Shown here: piece after piece, positions 27,289 through 35,959 of the stretch
Numbering within the stretch: the stretch's first letter is position 1
Layout of the letters: the number at the start of each line of letters is the position of its first letter
NCBI GenBank assembly: GCA_963663275.1
Contig: OY760183.1
Coordinates: 648,211-712,210 of the forward strand
Origin: Chloroflexota bacterium
GTDB taxonomy: Bacteria; Chloroflexota; UBA11872; VXOZ01
DNA length: 64,000 bases
Reading direction: 5' to 3'
Translations under genes and position numbers: made by a program
The notes under the pieces: model-generated
Told to the model about the DNA's origin: nothing
Database searches by the model: none
What the model saw: the letters and a program-made list of their open reading frames with translations, nothing else

Positions 27289-27316
27289 GTAGGGGCGGTT
27301 CGCGAACCGCCCCTAC
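27289..27316. repeat. REP-C palindrome
   Basis: Exact match to 25331-25358. Confidence 0.85.
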
Positions 27317-27387
27317 GCGGATGGATTTGCGGGAATGACGGACTCGCTGTGGTCTATTCTCTATGGTAATGACGATGGGATAACACC

Positions 27388-28716
27388 ATGAACAGCAACT
27401 CAGACGCGCTCGTTTCGGAGCGTTGGCAGACGTGGGTGAAGGTGGGCGCGCTCGCGCTGGCGGTTGCGCTTTGCCTTTTTCTCGTGAGCGCCTGCGGCGG
27501 TGACGACGAACCGGAACCGCCCGTGCCCACGCCCATTATCGCCACGGCCGTCCCCGCGCCAACGGCAGCCGCGACGGCGCCGGAGCCGGCGGCCAAGCCC
27601 GCGCCCACCGCGGCGCCCGCGTCCACCGTTACCACGCCCGTGCCGCCCGCGGCAGGCGCGTACGGTCTTGAGCAAGTTGGTACGGGTTTCGCGCGTCCGC
27701 TCTACCTCACCTACGCGCCCGGCGACACCGCCGATAGGCTCTTCATCGTGGAACAGAACGGCACGATCGCCATTCTCAGAGACGGTCGCCGCCAGGAGCC
27801 GCTCTTCCTCGACATACGCTCGCGCGTCGGCGCCAGCGCCAACGAGCAGGGCCTCCTCAGCATGGCGTTCGACCCCGACTACGCGGCCAAAGGTATCTTC
27901 TACGTCTACTACACCGACAAGGGCGGGAGCACGGTGGTGGCTCGCTACCGCGTCTCCGCTGGCAACCCGGACGTGGCGGCCGTTGACAGCGAAGAGGTGC
28001 TGCTGCGGGTCGGCCAGCCTTACGGCAATCACAACGGCGGCCAGATCAAGTTCGGCCCGGACGGCTATCTCTACGCCGCCCTGGGTGACGGCGGCTCCGG
28101 CGGCGACCCGCTCGGCCACGGGCAGAACCTGGGCACGCTGCTGGGCACGCTGCTGCGCATCGACGTGCGTACCGGCGGCGCTTACGTTGTGCCCGCGGAT
28201 AATCCGTTTGTGGGGCAGGAGGGCGCGCGGCCGGAAATCTGGGCCTGGGGCCTGCGCAACGCCTGGCGCTTCTCCTTCGACCGCGCTACCGGCGATATCT
28301 TCATCGCCGACGTGGGACAGAACAAGTGGGAAGAGGTGCACTTCCAGCCGGCCGCCAGCGCCGGCGGCGAGAACTACGGCTGGAACCGCTTCGAGGGCAA
28401 CGAACCCTACGGCCGCGGCGGTTCGCGTGAAGGGATGGTCTTCCCGATTGCGGTCTATGGCCGCAGCGAGGGCTGCTCGGTGACCGGCGGCTACGTCTAT
28501 CGCGGCCAAAACCTGCCGGACCTCGCCGGCAACTACATCTTCGGCGACTACTGCTCCGGCATCGTCTGGACGCTCACCCCCCAGGCCAACGGCGCGTGGC
28601 TGCGCACCGTGCTCCTGCAAGCGCCTTCGGAAATCACCTCCTTCGGCGAGGACGCCGCGGGCGAGGTGTACGTGATCATCCGCAACGGCACGATCTACCG
28701 TATCACAGGGTCGTAG
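27388..28716 (+). CDS. PQQ-dependent sugar dehydrogenase (soluble glucose/sorbosone dehydrogenase family), secreted
   Basis: Signal or lipobox-like LVSACGG, then GLLSMAFDPDY, GNHNGGQIKFGPDGYLY and GDGGSGGDP. The TAG stop is the head of a REP-A. Confidence 0.85.
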   Translation: MNSNSDALVSERWQTWVKVGALALAVALCLFLVSACGGDDEPEPPVPTPIIATAVPAPTAAATAPEPAAKPAPTAAPASTVTTPVPPAAGAYGLEQVGTGFARPLYLTYAPGDTADRLFIVEQNGTIAILRDGRRQEPLFLDIRSRVGASANEQGLLSMAFDPDYAAKGIFYVYYTDKGGSTVVARYRVSAGNPDVAAVDSEEVLLRVGQPYGNHNGGQIKFGPDGYLYAALGDGGSGGDPLGHGQNLGTLLGTLLRIDVRTGGAYVVPADNPFVGQEGARPEIWAWGLRNAWRFSFDRATGDIFIADVGQNKWEEVHFQPAASAGGENYGWNRFEGNEPYGRGGSREGMVFPIAVYGRSEGCSVTGGYVYRGQNLPDLAGNYIFGDYCSGIVWTLTPQANGAWLRTVLLQAPSEITSFGEDAAGEVYVIIRNGTIYRITGS

Positions 28717-28976
28717 GGGCACGACACGTCGTGCCTCTACGGCGCGACACCGTTTATCATTGGGCGAGGACGCCGCGGGCGAGGTGTACGTGATCATCCG
28801 CAACGGCACGATCTACCGTATCACAGGGTCGTAGGGGCACGACACGTCGTGCCTCTACGGCGCGACACCGTTTATCATTGGGCGAGGAAGCCGCTGGCGA
28901 GGTGTACGTGATCATCCGCAACGGCACGATCTACCGCATCACAGGGTCGTAGGGGCACGACATGTCGTGCCCCTAC
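28646..28976 (+). repeat. 118-bp tandem repeat, 2.8 units (last ~70 nt of the dehydrogenase CDS plus stop, REP-A and a 23-nt tail)
   Basis: Units start at 28646, 28764 and 28882. Units 1 and 2 are identical. Unit 3 has 3 coding-part substitutions and the canonical REP-A. REP-A copies at 28713, 28831 and 28949. Confidence 0.9.
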
Positions 28977-29019
28977 GACCGCGCGAAAGCGTTCAGCGCA
29001 CGTGGGTGGAGCATTCACT

Positions 29020-30258
29020 GTGACTACTCTCGACAATGAAGACCTAATGCAGTTGTTGCGCGCCGGTGAATCAGACCGCGTGGAGTTCAGGGAGTCCCTG
29101 CGCGGCGACGCGCCTGATCGTACCCGCCAGGCCATCTGCGCTTTTGCCAACGACCTGCCGGACCACCGCCAGCCGGGGGTCATCTTCGTGGGCGTGCGGG
29201 ATGATGGGACTGCCGCGGGCCTGCCGGTGACGGATGAGCTACTCCGGCAACTGGCGGACATGAAAACCGACGGCAACATTCTACCGCCGCCCACGATGAC
29301 CGTGGAGAAGCGCGCGTTGTGCGGAGCGGACATTGCCGTAATCACGGTGCAGCCGTCGGATTCGCCGCCGGTGCGCTACAGAGGCAGAAGTCACATCCGC
29401 ACCGGCTCCCGGCGCGGAGTCGCGACCGCGCAGGACGAGCGCATTCTCAACGAGAAACGCCGCTACAGGGACATTCCATACGACGCGTACCCGATCCCCT
29501 CCGCCTCTTTGAACGAGCTTAACCTGGCGTACTTTACGTACGAGTACTTGCCGCGGGCCTTTGCGCCGGAAATCTTGGAAGCCAACGAACGCACCCTGCT
29601 CGAGCAACTTGCCGCGACCAAGATGATTGCCGCCGTCGATGAACCGGTTCCTACCGTATTGGGAATGCTCGTCTTGGGAAAACGGACGCTCTATTACTTG
29701 CCGGGGGCGTATATTCAGTTCCTACGCATCGCGGGCAACGATGTGACAGGCTCCATATCTGATGAACTGGCAATCAGCGGCACGGTTACGGACGTGCTGC
29801 GCCGACTCGACGATAAGCTGAACAGCCATAACCGCACGGCGGTTGACATTACCTCGGGTCCCGTCGAGCGGCGCACAAGCACCTACCCGGTTGAGGCAAT
29901 CCAACAGATCGCGCGCAACGCGGTCATGCACCGCTCGTACGAGGGAAACAATGCTCCCGTGCGGGTCTACTGGTACGACGACCGCATCGAAGTCATGAGT
30001 CCGGGGGGAGTGTTTGGCGCGGTAACCGTAGAAAATTTCGGCCGGCCGGGCCTGACCGCCTACCGCAATCCTAATCTGGCGGAGGCAATGCGGAACGTGG
30101 AACTGGTGCAGCGTTTCGGTCTGGGCATACCCTTGGCCGAGAGATTGCTGCGTGAAGCCGGGCACCCCGCGCTTCAATTCGACGTAGACGCGCACAACGT
30201 CATCGTGACGATACGCGCGCGTGAAGGCGAACATGGATTCCCGCCTGCGCGGGAATGA
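29020..30258 (+). CDS. AlbA_2 (Schlafen-like 'divergent AAA') plus HATPase_c_4 domain protein, putative DNA-binding/ATP-binding regulator
   Basis: GESDRVEFRESL...AICAFANDL...GVIFVGVRDDG at the N-terminus. RNAVMHRSYEGNNAPVRVYWYDDRIEVMSPGG at the C-terminus. Start is GTG 29020 (after GGTGGAG) or GTG 29002. Confidence 0.7.
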   Translation: MTTLDNEDLMQLLRAGESDRVEFRESLRGDAPDRTRQAICAFANDLPDHRQPGVIFVGVRDDGTAAGLPVTDELLRQLADMKTDGNILPPPTMTVEKRALCGADIAVITVQPSDSPPVRYRGRSHIRTGSRRGVATAQDERILNEKRRYRDIPYDAYPIPSASLNELNLAYFTYEYLPRAFAPEILEANERTLLEQLAATKMIAAVDEPVPTVLGMLVLGKRTLYYLPGAYIQFLRIAGNDVTGSISDELAISGTVTDVLRRLDDKLNSHNRTAVDITSGPVERRTSTYPVEAIQQIARNAVMHRSYEGNNAPVRVYWYDDRIEVMSPGGVFGAVTVENFGRPGLTAYRNPNLAEAMRNVELVQRFGLGIPLAERLLREAGHPALQFDVDAHNVIVTIRAREGEHGFPPARE

Positions 30259-30310
30259 CGATGCCCGGCCTGCGCGGGAGTGACGTTGCCCGGCTTGCTG
30301 ACTTCTGGGC

Positions 30311-30338
30311 GTAGGGGCACGACATGTCGTGCCCCTAC
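30311..30338. repeat. REP-A palindrome abutting the MITE-1 left end
   Basis: Exact 28-bp consensus directly followed by MITE-1. Confidence 0.9.
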
Positions 30339-30480
30339 GGAAACCATCGCAAAACTGCGTCATTCCGGCGAAAGCCGGAATCCAGACCGCATGTACAACT
30401 AAAGATAGCGTGCGGTCAAGCCTTGTCATCCCTATCCCAACCTTTTTCCTCAATGGGGAAGGGGTTATGCAAAGGTCTCC
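30339..30480 (+). mobile_element. MITE-1 (about 142 bp; TIR GGAGACCTTTGCATA, core hairpin CATTCCGGCGAAAGCCGGAATCC)
   Basis: Right TIR TATGCAAAGGTCTCC ends at 30480. The left TIR has diverged (GGAAACCATCGCAAA). Confidence 0.7.
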
Positions 30481-30598
30481 TACGGGGTTATTCCGTCTGT
30501 TCGCTTCCCGCTTGTCTCTCGCCTTCACCGGCGCGTACAATGCACCCTAACGATGCGTTGAAACCTCGCCTGTGCAATCCCTCTTGGAGGCTCCTGTG

Positions 30599-33556
30599 AT
30601 GGATAGAGACACATTCAAGAATCCCGGTGTCGAGTACCGCGCCGTGCCGTTCTGGTCGTGGAACGATTGGTTGGAAGACGGCGAGTTGGTGCGGCAGATC
30701 GACGAGATGGAGAAGGCCGGGTGGGGCGGCTTCTTCATGCACTCGCGGCTGGGTTTGGAGACGCCTTACATGACGCCGGAGTGGATGGACCGCATTCGCG
30801 CTTGCGTGGAGGAGGCGCGGCGGCGCGGTATGCACGCCTGGCTCTACGACGAAGACAAGTGGCCCAGCGGCTTCGCCGGCGGCATGACCGCGCTGAAAGA
30901 CCCCGACTACCGCATGAGGGTGCTCGCCTGCCGGGTGTTCAATCGCTACGACAGCTATCCGGAGAGCGTGGCGGTGTTCGCGGGCAACCTCGATAACGGC
31001 GTGCTCACCGGCGCGCGGCAGGTGCACGCCCAACAGGACGAGGCCCACCTCACCTACCTGCAATTCCACGAATGGGTCGCGCCGCTGGGCAGCCCTTGGT
31101 TCAACGGCGCCGCCTACAGCGACCAGCTTAGCGTAGAAGGCGTGGGCGAATTCATCCAGAACACCTACGCCGCCTACCATGAGGTCTTGGGCGACGACTT
31201 TGGCGGCGTGGTGCCCGGCATCTTCACCGACGAGCCGAACTTCTGCTCCTTCCATCAGGAGCACCCGGAGATTTCCGTGCCCTGGACGAAAGGGTTTGCG
31301 CGGATCTTCCAGGAGAAGTTCGGGTACGACCTGATTCCGCACCTGCCGTCGCTCTTCTACGACGTGGGTGACTTTCGCAAAGTCCGTTACCATTACTGGC
31401 GCGCCATCACCGAGCAGTTCGTGGAGGCGTACTCGAAGCAGATCTACGAGTGGTGCGAGGCGCACAACCTCAAGCTCACCGGCCATTACCTCTACGAGGA
31501 TTCGCTCCAGCAGCAGATTCCGGTCTCCGGCGCGGTGATGCCGCACTACGAGTACATGCACTATCCCGGCATCGACCACCTGCGCCGTAACATCGCCGAT
31601 CTGGTGACCCCCAAGCAGTTGGACAGTGTCGCCTGCCAACTCGGCAAGGAGCGGGCGCTCTCCGAGACCTACGGCTGCTCCGGGCAGAACCTCTCGTTCG
31701 AAGGCCGCAAGTGGATTGGCGATTGGCAGTGCGTGCTGGGCGTGAACTTCCTCAACCCGCATCTCTCGTCGTATACGCTGCGCGGCGCGCGCAAGCGGGA
31801 CTATCCGCCGGACATCTTCTACCAGCAGCCCTGGTGGCCGCATAATGCCCTGGTTGACGACTACTACGCCCGTCTCTCGTACGCGCTCAGCGAGGGCGAG
31901 CGGGTGGTAGACCTCTTGGTGGTGCATCCCATCGGCAGCGCGTGGTCGGTCTTTCGCCCGCAGAATCCCCAGGCGGCGCGCAGGATAAACGATCCGTGGG
32001 TCGCGCTTTCCACGCGGCTGCTGGAGGAGCACTTCGACTACCACTTTGGCGATGAGTCGATCATGGCGCGGCACGCCCGCGTGGCAGACGGCTGCCTGGT
32101 CGTCGGACAGATGCGCTACCGCGTGGTTATCGTGCCGCCCAGCATCACCCTGGCGAGCACAACGGTGTCGTTGCTCCAGGCCCTCCGGGCCGCGGGCGGC
32201 GTGGTGTTCTTCTGCGATGAGAAGCCGACGCTGGTAGAGGGCGAACGCGACGAATCCGTGGACGCGCTGGTTGCCGCGTGCGAGACGCTGCCGTTGGGAG
32301 ACGAACCCCTGGCGGCGACGCTGGAACCGCATCTCAGCCGGCCCGTGCGGGTCACCAACGGGGACGGCGGCGAAGTTCCCCACGTCTGGTACAACCTGCG
32401 GCGCAACGACAGTGGGCACACCCTCTTCCTGGCCAACACCAGCCAGGACGAAGGCGGCGACTACACGGTGAGCCTGCCTGATGGTGACAACTGGCAGGTC
32501 TGGGACGCCGCTACCGGCGAGACCCGACCCCTGCCCGCGCCAGCCGGAGCGGCCAATGGCGGCGTCACGCTGCCGTTTGCGCCGGTCGGCTCCTACCTGC
32601 TGGTCAGCGATGCGAGCGGCCAGGCCGGTGAAACCGCGCCCGCGCCGGAGTATACCGCGTCGGTGGACGCCGGCGATACGTGGGACCTGGAACTACTCGA
32701 CCCCAACGCGCTTACGCTCGACTATTGCGCCTATCGCGTCGGCGACGGCGCGTGGGAAGGCCCGGCGCCCCACCTGAAGGCCCTGGAAATCTTGCGCAGA
32801 GGCGGAACCCTGGAACACGTCCGCATCACAGGATCGGGCGTGCCGTTTGCCGTGCGGTACACGTTTGAATCCGGCCTAGCGGCGGGGCACGACCTCACGC
32901 TGGTGGTCGAGCGGCCGGCTGACTTCCGCATCGCGGTGAACGGCACGGCGGTCCAGCACGATCCGGACGACGGCTACTGGCTGGATACCACCTTCCGGCG
33001 CATACCCATCGGCGCGCTCGCCCGGCCGGGCACGAACACGATTACGTTGGAAGGCGTGACCAGTCTCGATATGGAGATCGAGGCGTGCTACGTAATTGGC
33101 GACTTTGGCGTTGAGGAATCCGACGCCGGTTTCAGGCTGGTTGCAACACCGGCGCAGGCGCGGTCAGGCGATCTCACCCATCAGGGATTGCCCTTCTACG
33201 CCGGCCGCGCGCGGCTCAGCCAGCAGGTGCGGGTCTCCCGCAACGGCGCCGCCGCTGCGCTGGCGCTCGATGGTCTCGACGCCACTGTGACGATCGCGCG
33301 CGTGAACGGCAAGCAGGCCGGCAGCGTGGTCTGGCGTCCCCATGAAATCGACGTCTCCGGCCTCTTGGTGGAGGGCGAAAACACGCTGGAATTGGAACTC
33401 GTGGGCACGCTCCACAACCTGCTCGGCCCCCACCACCACCGCGACGGCGAAATCCTGGCAGTCTCGCCGGCCACCTTCTCCGATTGGCTCAACTGGACCG
33501 ATGACTACAATTTCGTCCGCTTCGGCCTGGAGCGCGCGCGCATCCGGATGGAGTAG
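30599..33556 (+). CDS. large glycoside hydrolase-like protein (family not assignable by eye)
   Basis: 985-994 aa. N-terminus EYRAVPFWSWNDWL...GWGGFFMHSR...WLYDEDKWPSGFAGG resembles uncharacterised GH families. ATG 30599 lies 9 nt after GGAGG. Confidence 0.6.
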   Translation: MDRDTFKNPGVEYRAVPFWSWNDWLEDGELVRQIDEMEKAGWGGFFMHSRLGLETPYMTPEWMDRIRACVEEARRRGMHAWLYDEDKWPSGFAGGMTALKDPDYRMRVLACRVFNRYDSYPESVAVFAGNLDNGVLTGARQVHAQQDEAHLTYLQFHEWVAPLGSPWFNGAAYSDQLSVEGVGEFIQNTYAAYHEVLGDDFGGVVPGIFTDEPNFCSFHQEHPEISVPWTKGFARIFQEKFGYDLIPHLPSLFYDVGDFRKVRYHYWRAITEQFVEAYSKQIYEWCEAHNLKLTGHYLYEDSLQQQIPVSGAVMPHYEYMHYPGIDHLRRNIADLVTPKQLDSVACQLGKERALSETYGCSGQNLSFEGRKWIGDWQCVLGVNFLNPHLSSYTLRGARKRDYPPDIFYQQPWWPHNALVDDYYARLSYALSEGERVVDLLVVHPIGSAWSVFRPQNPQAARRINDPWVALSTRLLEEHFDYHFGDESIMARHARVADGCLVVGQMRYRVVIVPPSITLASTTVSLLQALRAAGGVVFFCDEKPTLVEGERDESVDALVAACETLPLGDEPLAATLEPHLSRPVRVTNGDGGEVPHVWYNLRRNDSGHTLFLANTSQDEGGDYTVSLPDGDNWQVWDAATGETRPLPAPAGAANGGVTLPFAPVGSYLLVSDASGQAGETAPAPEYTASVDAGDTWDLELLDPNALTLDYCAYRVGDGAWEGPAPHLKALEILRRGGTLEHVRITGSGVPFAVRYTFESGLAAGHDLTLVVERPADFRIAVNGTAVQHDPDDGYWLDTTFRRIPIGALARPGTNTITLEGVTSLDMEIEACYVIGDFGVEESDAGFRLVATPAQARSGDLTHQGLPFYAGRARLSQQVRVSRNGAAAALALDGLDATVTIARVNGKQAGSVVWRPHEIDVSGLLVEGENTLELELVGTLHNLLGPHHHRDGEILAVSPATFSDWLNWTDDYNFVRFGLERARIRME

Positions 33557-33584
33557 GCAGGTAGGGGAACGGCTTGTACGTGGC

Positions 33585-33632
33585 CCCTCTAACGGTAGGG
33601 GCACGACATGTCGTGCCCCTACCGTTAGAGGG
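33585..33632. repeat. 48-bp perfect palindrome with REP-A core (33595-33622)
   Basis: CCCTCTAACG-[REP-A]-CGTTAGAGGG. A degenerate REP-A-like hairpin precedes it at about 33561-33589. Confidence 0.9.
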
Positions 33633-33673
33633 AGCGCATGCAAATCGTTACAACAAGGTGAAAACGTAAGGCT

Positions 33674-34291
33674 ATGGCGATAGAAGAGGCCATTCCTCCA
33701 CGGCGGCGCAAGCGACGATCACTTCGCCTGAAGGACTATGACTACACGCAGCCCGGCGGATACTTTGTGACGATTTGCACTCAAGATCGCCGCTGCCTAT
33801 GGGGTGACGTGCGTGCTGGAGAGATGTGGCTAAATGAGATTGGGCAAATCGCCGAGTGGTGCTGGGAGGAAGTTCCATCGCACTTTCCCCACGTGCGTGG
33901 CGATTCTTTTGTTGTGATGCCCAATCATCTGCATGGCATCCTTATCTTGAGAGAGACGCGTAGGGGCACGACATGTCGTGCCCCTACGCCCGACACGGAG
34001 GAGTTTGCTCGACCGGTAGCAGGGTCGCTGCCGACCATCATTCGCTCATTCAAGGCTGCGGTAACGAAACACGTTAGGAGAGCAACAAAGATCAAGGATT
34101 TTCAGGTCTGGCAGCGAGGGTACTATGAGCGGATAGTCCGTAACGAGAGAGAACTCGAACTGCTTCGGGAGTACATCGTCAGCAATCCGATACGGTGGGC
34201 ACTAGATGCCGAGAATCCTGCCGTGATTGCCGGAGGAAAGCGGGGTTTACACCAAGGCTCAGGAAGGCAGAAGCACGACCCACCAGAATAG
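33674..34291 (+). CDS. REP-associated tyrosine transposase (RAYT; IS200/Y1-like)
   Basis: 205 aa. HUH motif VMPNHLHGIL and Tyr motif WQRGYYERIVRN. Flanked by REP-A palindromes. Confidence 0.8.
   Translation: MAIEEAIPPRRRKRRSLRLKDYDYTQPGGYFVTICTQDRRCLWGDVRAGEMWLNEIGQIAEWCWEEVPSHFPHVRGDSFVVMPNHLHGILILRETRRGTTCRAPTPDTEEFARPVAGSLPTIIRSFKAAVTKHVRRATKIKDFQVWQRGYYERIVRNERELELLREYIVSNPIRWALDAENPAVIAGGKRGLHQGSGRQKHDPPE
33960..33987. repeat. REP-A palindrome inside the RAYT ORF
   Basis: Exact consensus, translated in frame as RRGTTCRAPT. Confidence 0.9.
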
Positions 34292-34309
34292 GGTCTTTTC
34301 CAATTAGTG

Positions 34310-34367
34310 GTATGGTTTTCCCGCGTAGGGGCACGACATGTCGTGCCCCTACGCGGGAAAACCATAC
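34310..34367. repeat. 58-bp perfect palindrome with REP-A core (34325-34352)
   Basis: GTATGGTTTTCCCGC-[REP-A]-GCGGGAAAACCATAC. Confidence 0.9.
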
Positions 34368-34403
34368 ATAACTTCCGTAACGGCAGAGAAAGCAAAACAT
34401 CCT

Positions 34404-35609
34404 GTGGCCGCATCCCAGCAACCTACGACCGTCGCCTCTCACCACCGTCCCGACCGGCTGACTATTTGGGCGTTCTACGTCGGCACGTTCCTCTACTGGG
34501 GCGCGCTTTACGTCTACTCGCCGATTCTCTCGGTCTACGCGGAATCGCTGGGCGCCACGTTTACGCTTATCGGCATCGTGGTGGGCACGTACGGCCTGGT
34601 GCAGATGGCGCTCAGAATCCCGTTAGGGGTGTGGTCCGACCGCTGGGGCCGGCGGTTGCCGTTCCTCTACGCCGGGCATTTCTTCAACGTCGTTGGCTGC
34701 CTGGGTCTCGCGCTCGCGCCCACCGCCACGTATCTGGCGGTCTTCCGGGGCGTGCTGGGCATCAGCGCCGCCACCTGGGTGGCGTTCACCGTGCTCTACG
34801 CCAGCTACTTCCCCGCCGACGAAGCGCCCAAGGCCATGGGAATCATGTCGGCCGTCAACGGCGTCTCGCTCATCGTGGTCAACCTGGCAGGCGGGCAGAT
34901 TGCCGAATCATGGGGCATGGTGGCCACGTTCTACGCTGGCGCGGGACTGGCCGTCGTCGGTTTGATTTCGACGGTGCCAATCAAGGAGCAGCGCGTCACG
35001 CGCACGCCGCCGACGGTCCGGCAGATCTGGCGGGTGATGACCCATCCGGTGCTGCTGATCGTCGCCTCGGTCACGGCGCTCAATCACTACGCCTTCTGGG
35101 CGACCACCTTCAGCTTCGTGCCGGTATACGCCGACGACCTGGGCGCGAGCAAGTTCACGTTGGGCGTGATCGGCGTGGTCTCGCTGGTGCCCTATACGCT
35201 AGCGTCATTGGTCAATCATCGCTTTGCCCAACGCCTGGGCGATAATTGGGCGGTCTTTGCCGGCATGATGATCATGGCCGCCACCACGTTCGTGGTGCCG
35301 CTCATCCAGGACATACCGCTCCTCGCCGCCTCCCAGGGCGTCAACGGCATTGGACGCGGCATTGTCTACCCGCTGCTGATGGGTCTCAGCATCCGGGAAA
35401 TCTCCGGCGAGGATCGCGCCACCGCCATGGGGGTCTTCCAGGCCGTGTACGCCATTGGCATGTTCGTCGGCCCCATGACGGCCGGCGCCGTTGCCGACGC
35501 GCTCGGTCTCGGCGGCGCGTTCATGCTCTCCGGCGGCGTCTCGGTCTTTGCGGCGCTGGCCGCGCTCGTGCTCATCAAGCGGAAACCGGTGGAGCGGGCG
35601 GCGGCGTAG
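34404..35609 (+). CDS. MFS transporter
   Basis: About 12 predicted hydrophobic segments and the loop motif GVWSDRWGRR. The ORF-track ATG 34338 sits in the REP-A loop, so GTG 34404 is preferred. Start is uncertain. Confidence 0.8.
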   Translation: MAASQQPTTVASHHRPDRLTIWAFYVGTFLYWGALYVYSPILSVYAESLGATFTLIGIVVGTYGLVQMALRIPLGVWSDRWGRRLPFLYAGHFFNVVGCLGLALAPTATYLAVFRGVLGISAATWVAFTVLYASYFPADEAPKAMGIMSAVNGVSLIVVNLAGGQIAESWGMVATFYAGAGLAVVGLISTVPIKEQRVTRTPPTVRQIWRVMTHPVLLIVASVTALNHYAFWATTFSFVPVYADDLGASKFTLGVIGVVSLVPYTLASLVNHRFAQRLGDNWAVFAGMMIMAATTFVVPLIQDIPLLAASQGVNGIGRGIVYPLLMGLSIREISGEDRATAMGVFQAVYAIGMFVGPMTAGAVADALGLGGAFMLSGGVSVFAALAALVLIKRKPVERAAA

Positions 35610-35830
35610 CATCCCTTTATCCGGCCCAATGAGGATTTCCCGGGTTTGGTGAAGGAGAAGTAAGTGTCGGCGCAGGCAATTCCGTGTAGCATACACGCAA
35701 AGGGATGGCATTTCCCCGGGTGGAGACTCGCGTATAGCCGGGGATAGAGGCAAGTTGACCCCTCTCCCTGTGGAGACCCTTGCGTAACCGGAGAGGGAAC
35801 TGACGAAGCCCAAGCGCACACGCCTCTTAT

Positions 35831-35959
35831 CCCCTCTCCCTCTGGGAGAGGGTTAGGGTGAGGGGAGATTATGCGGCGACTCATACCCAAGTCTTGCAAA
35901 ATGGGGCGGAACCGACGAGGATTCCCCCTCACCCCGGCCCTCTCCCCAGGGAGAGGGAG
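35831..35959 (+). mobile_element. MITE-3 copy
   Basis: Homologous to 21687-21816. Sits within a 560-bp spacer made of REP-E-type units. Confidence 0.6.
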
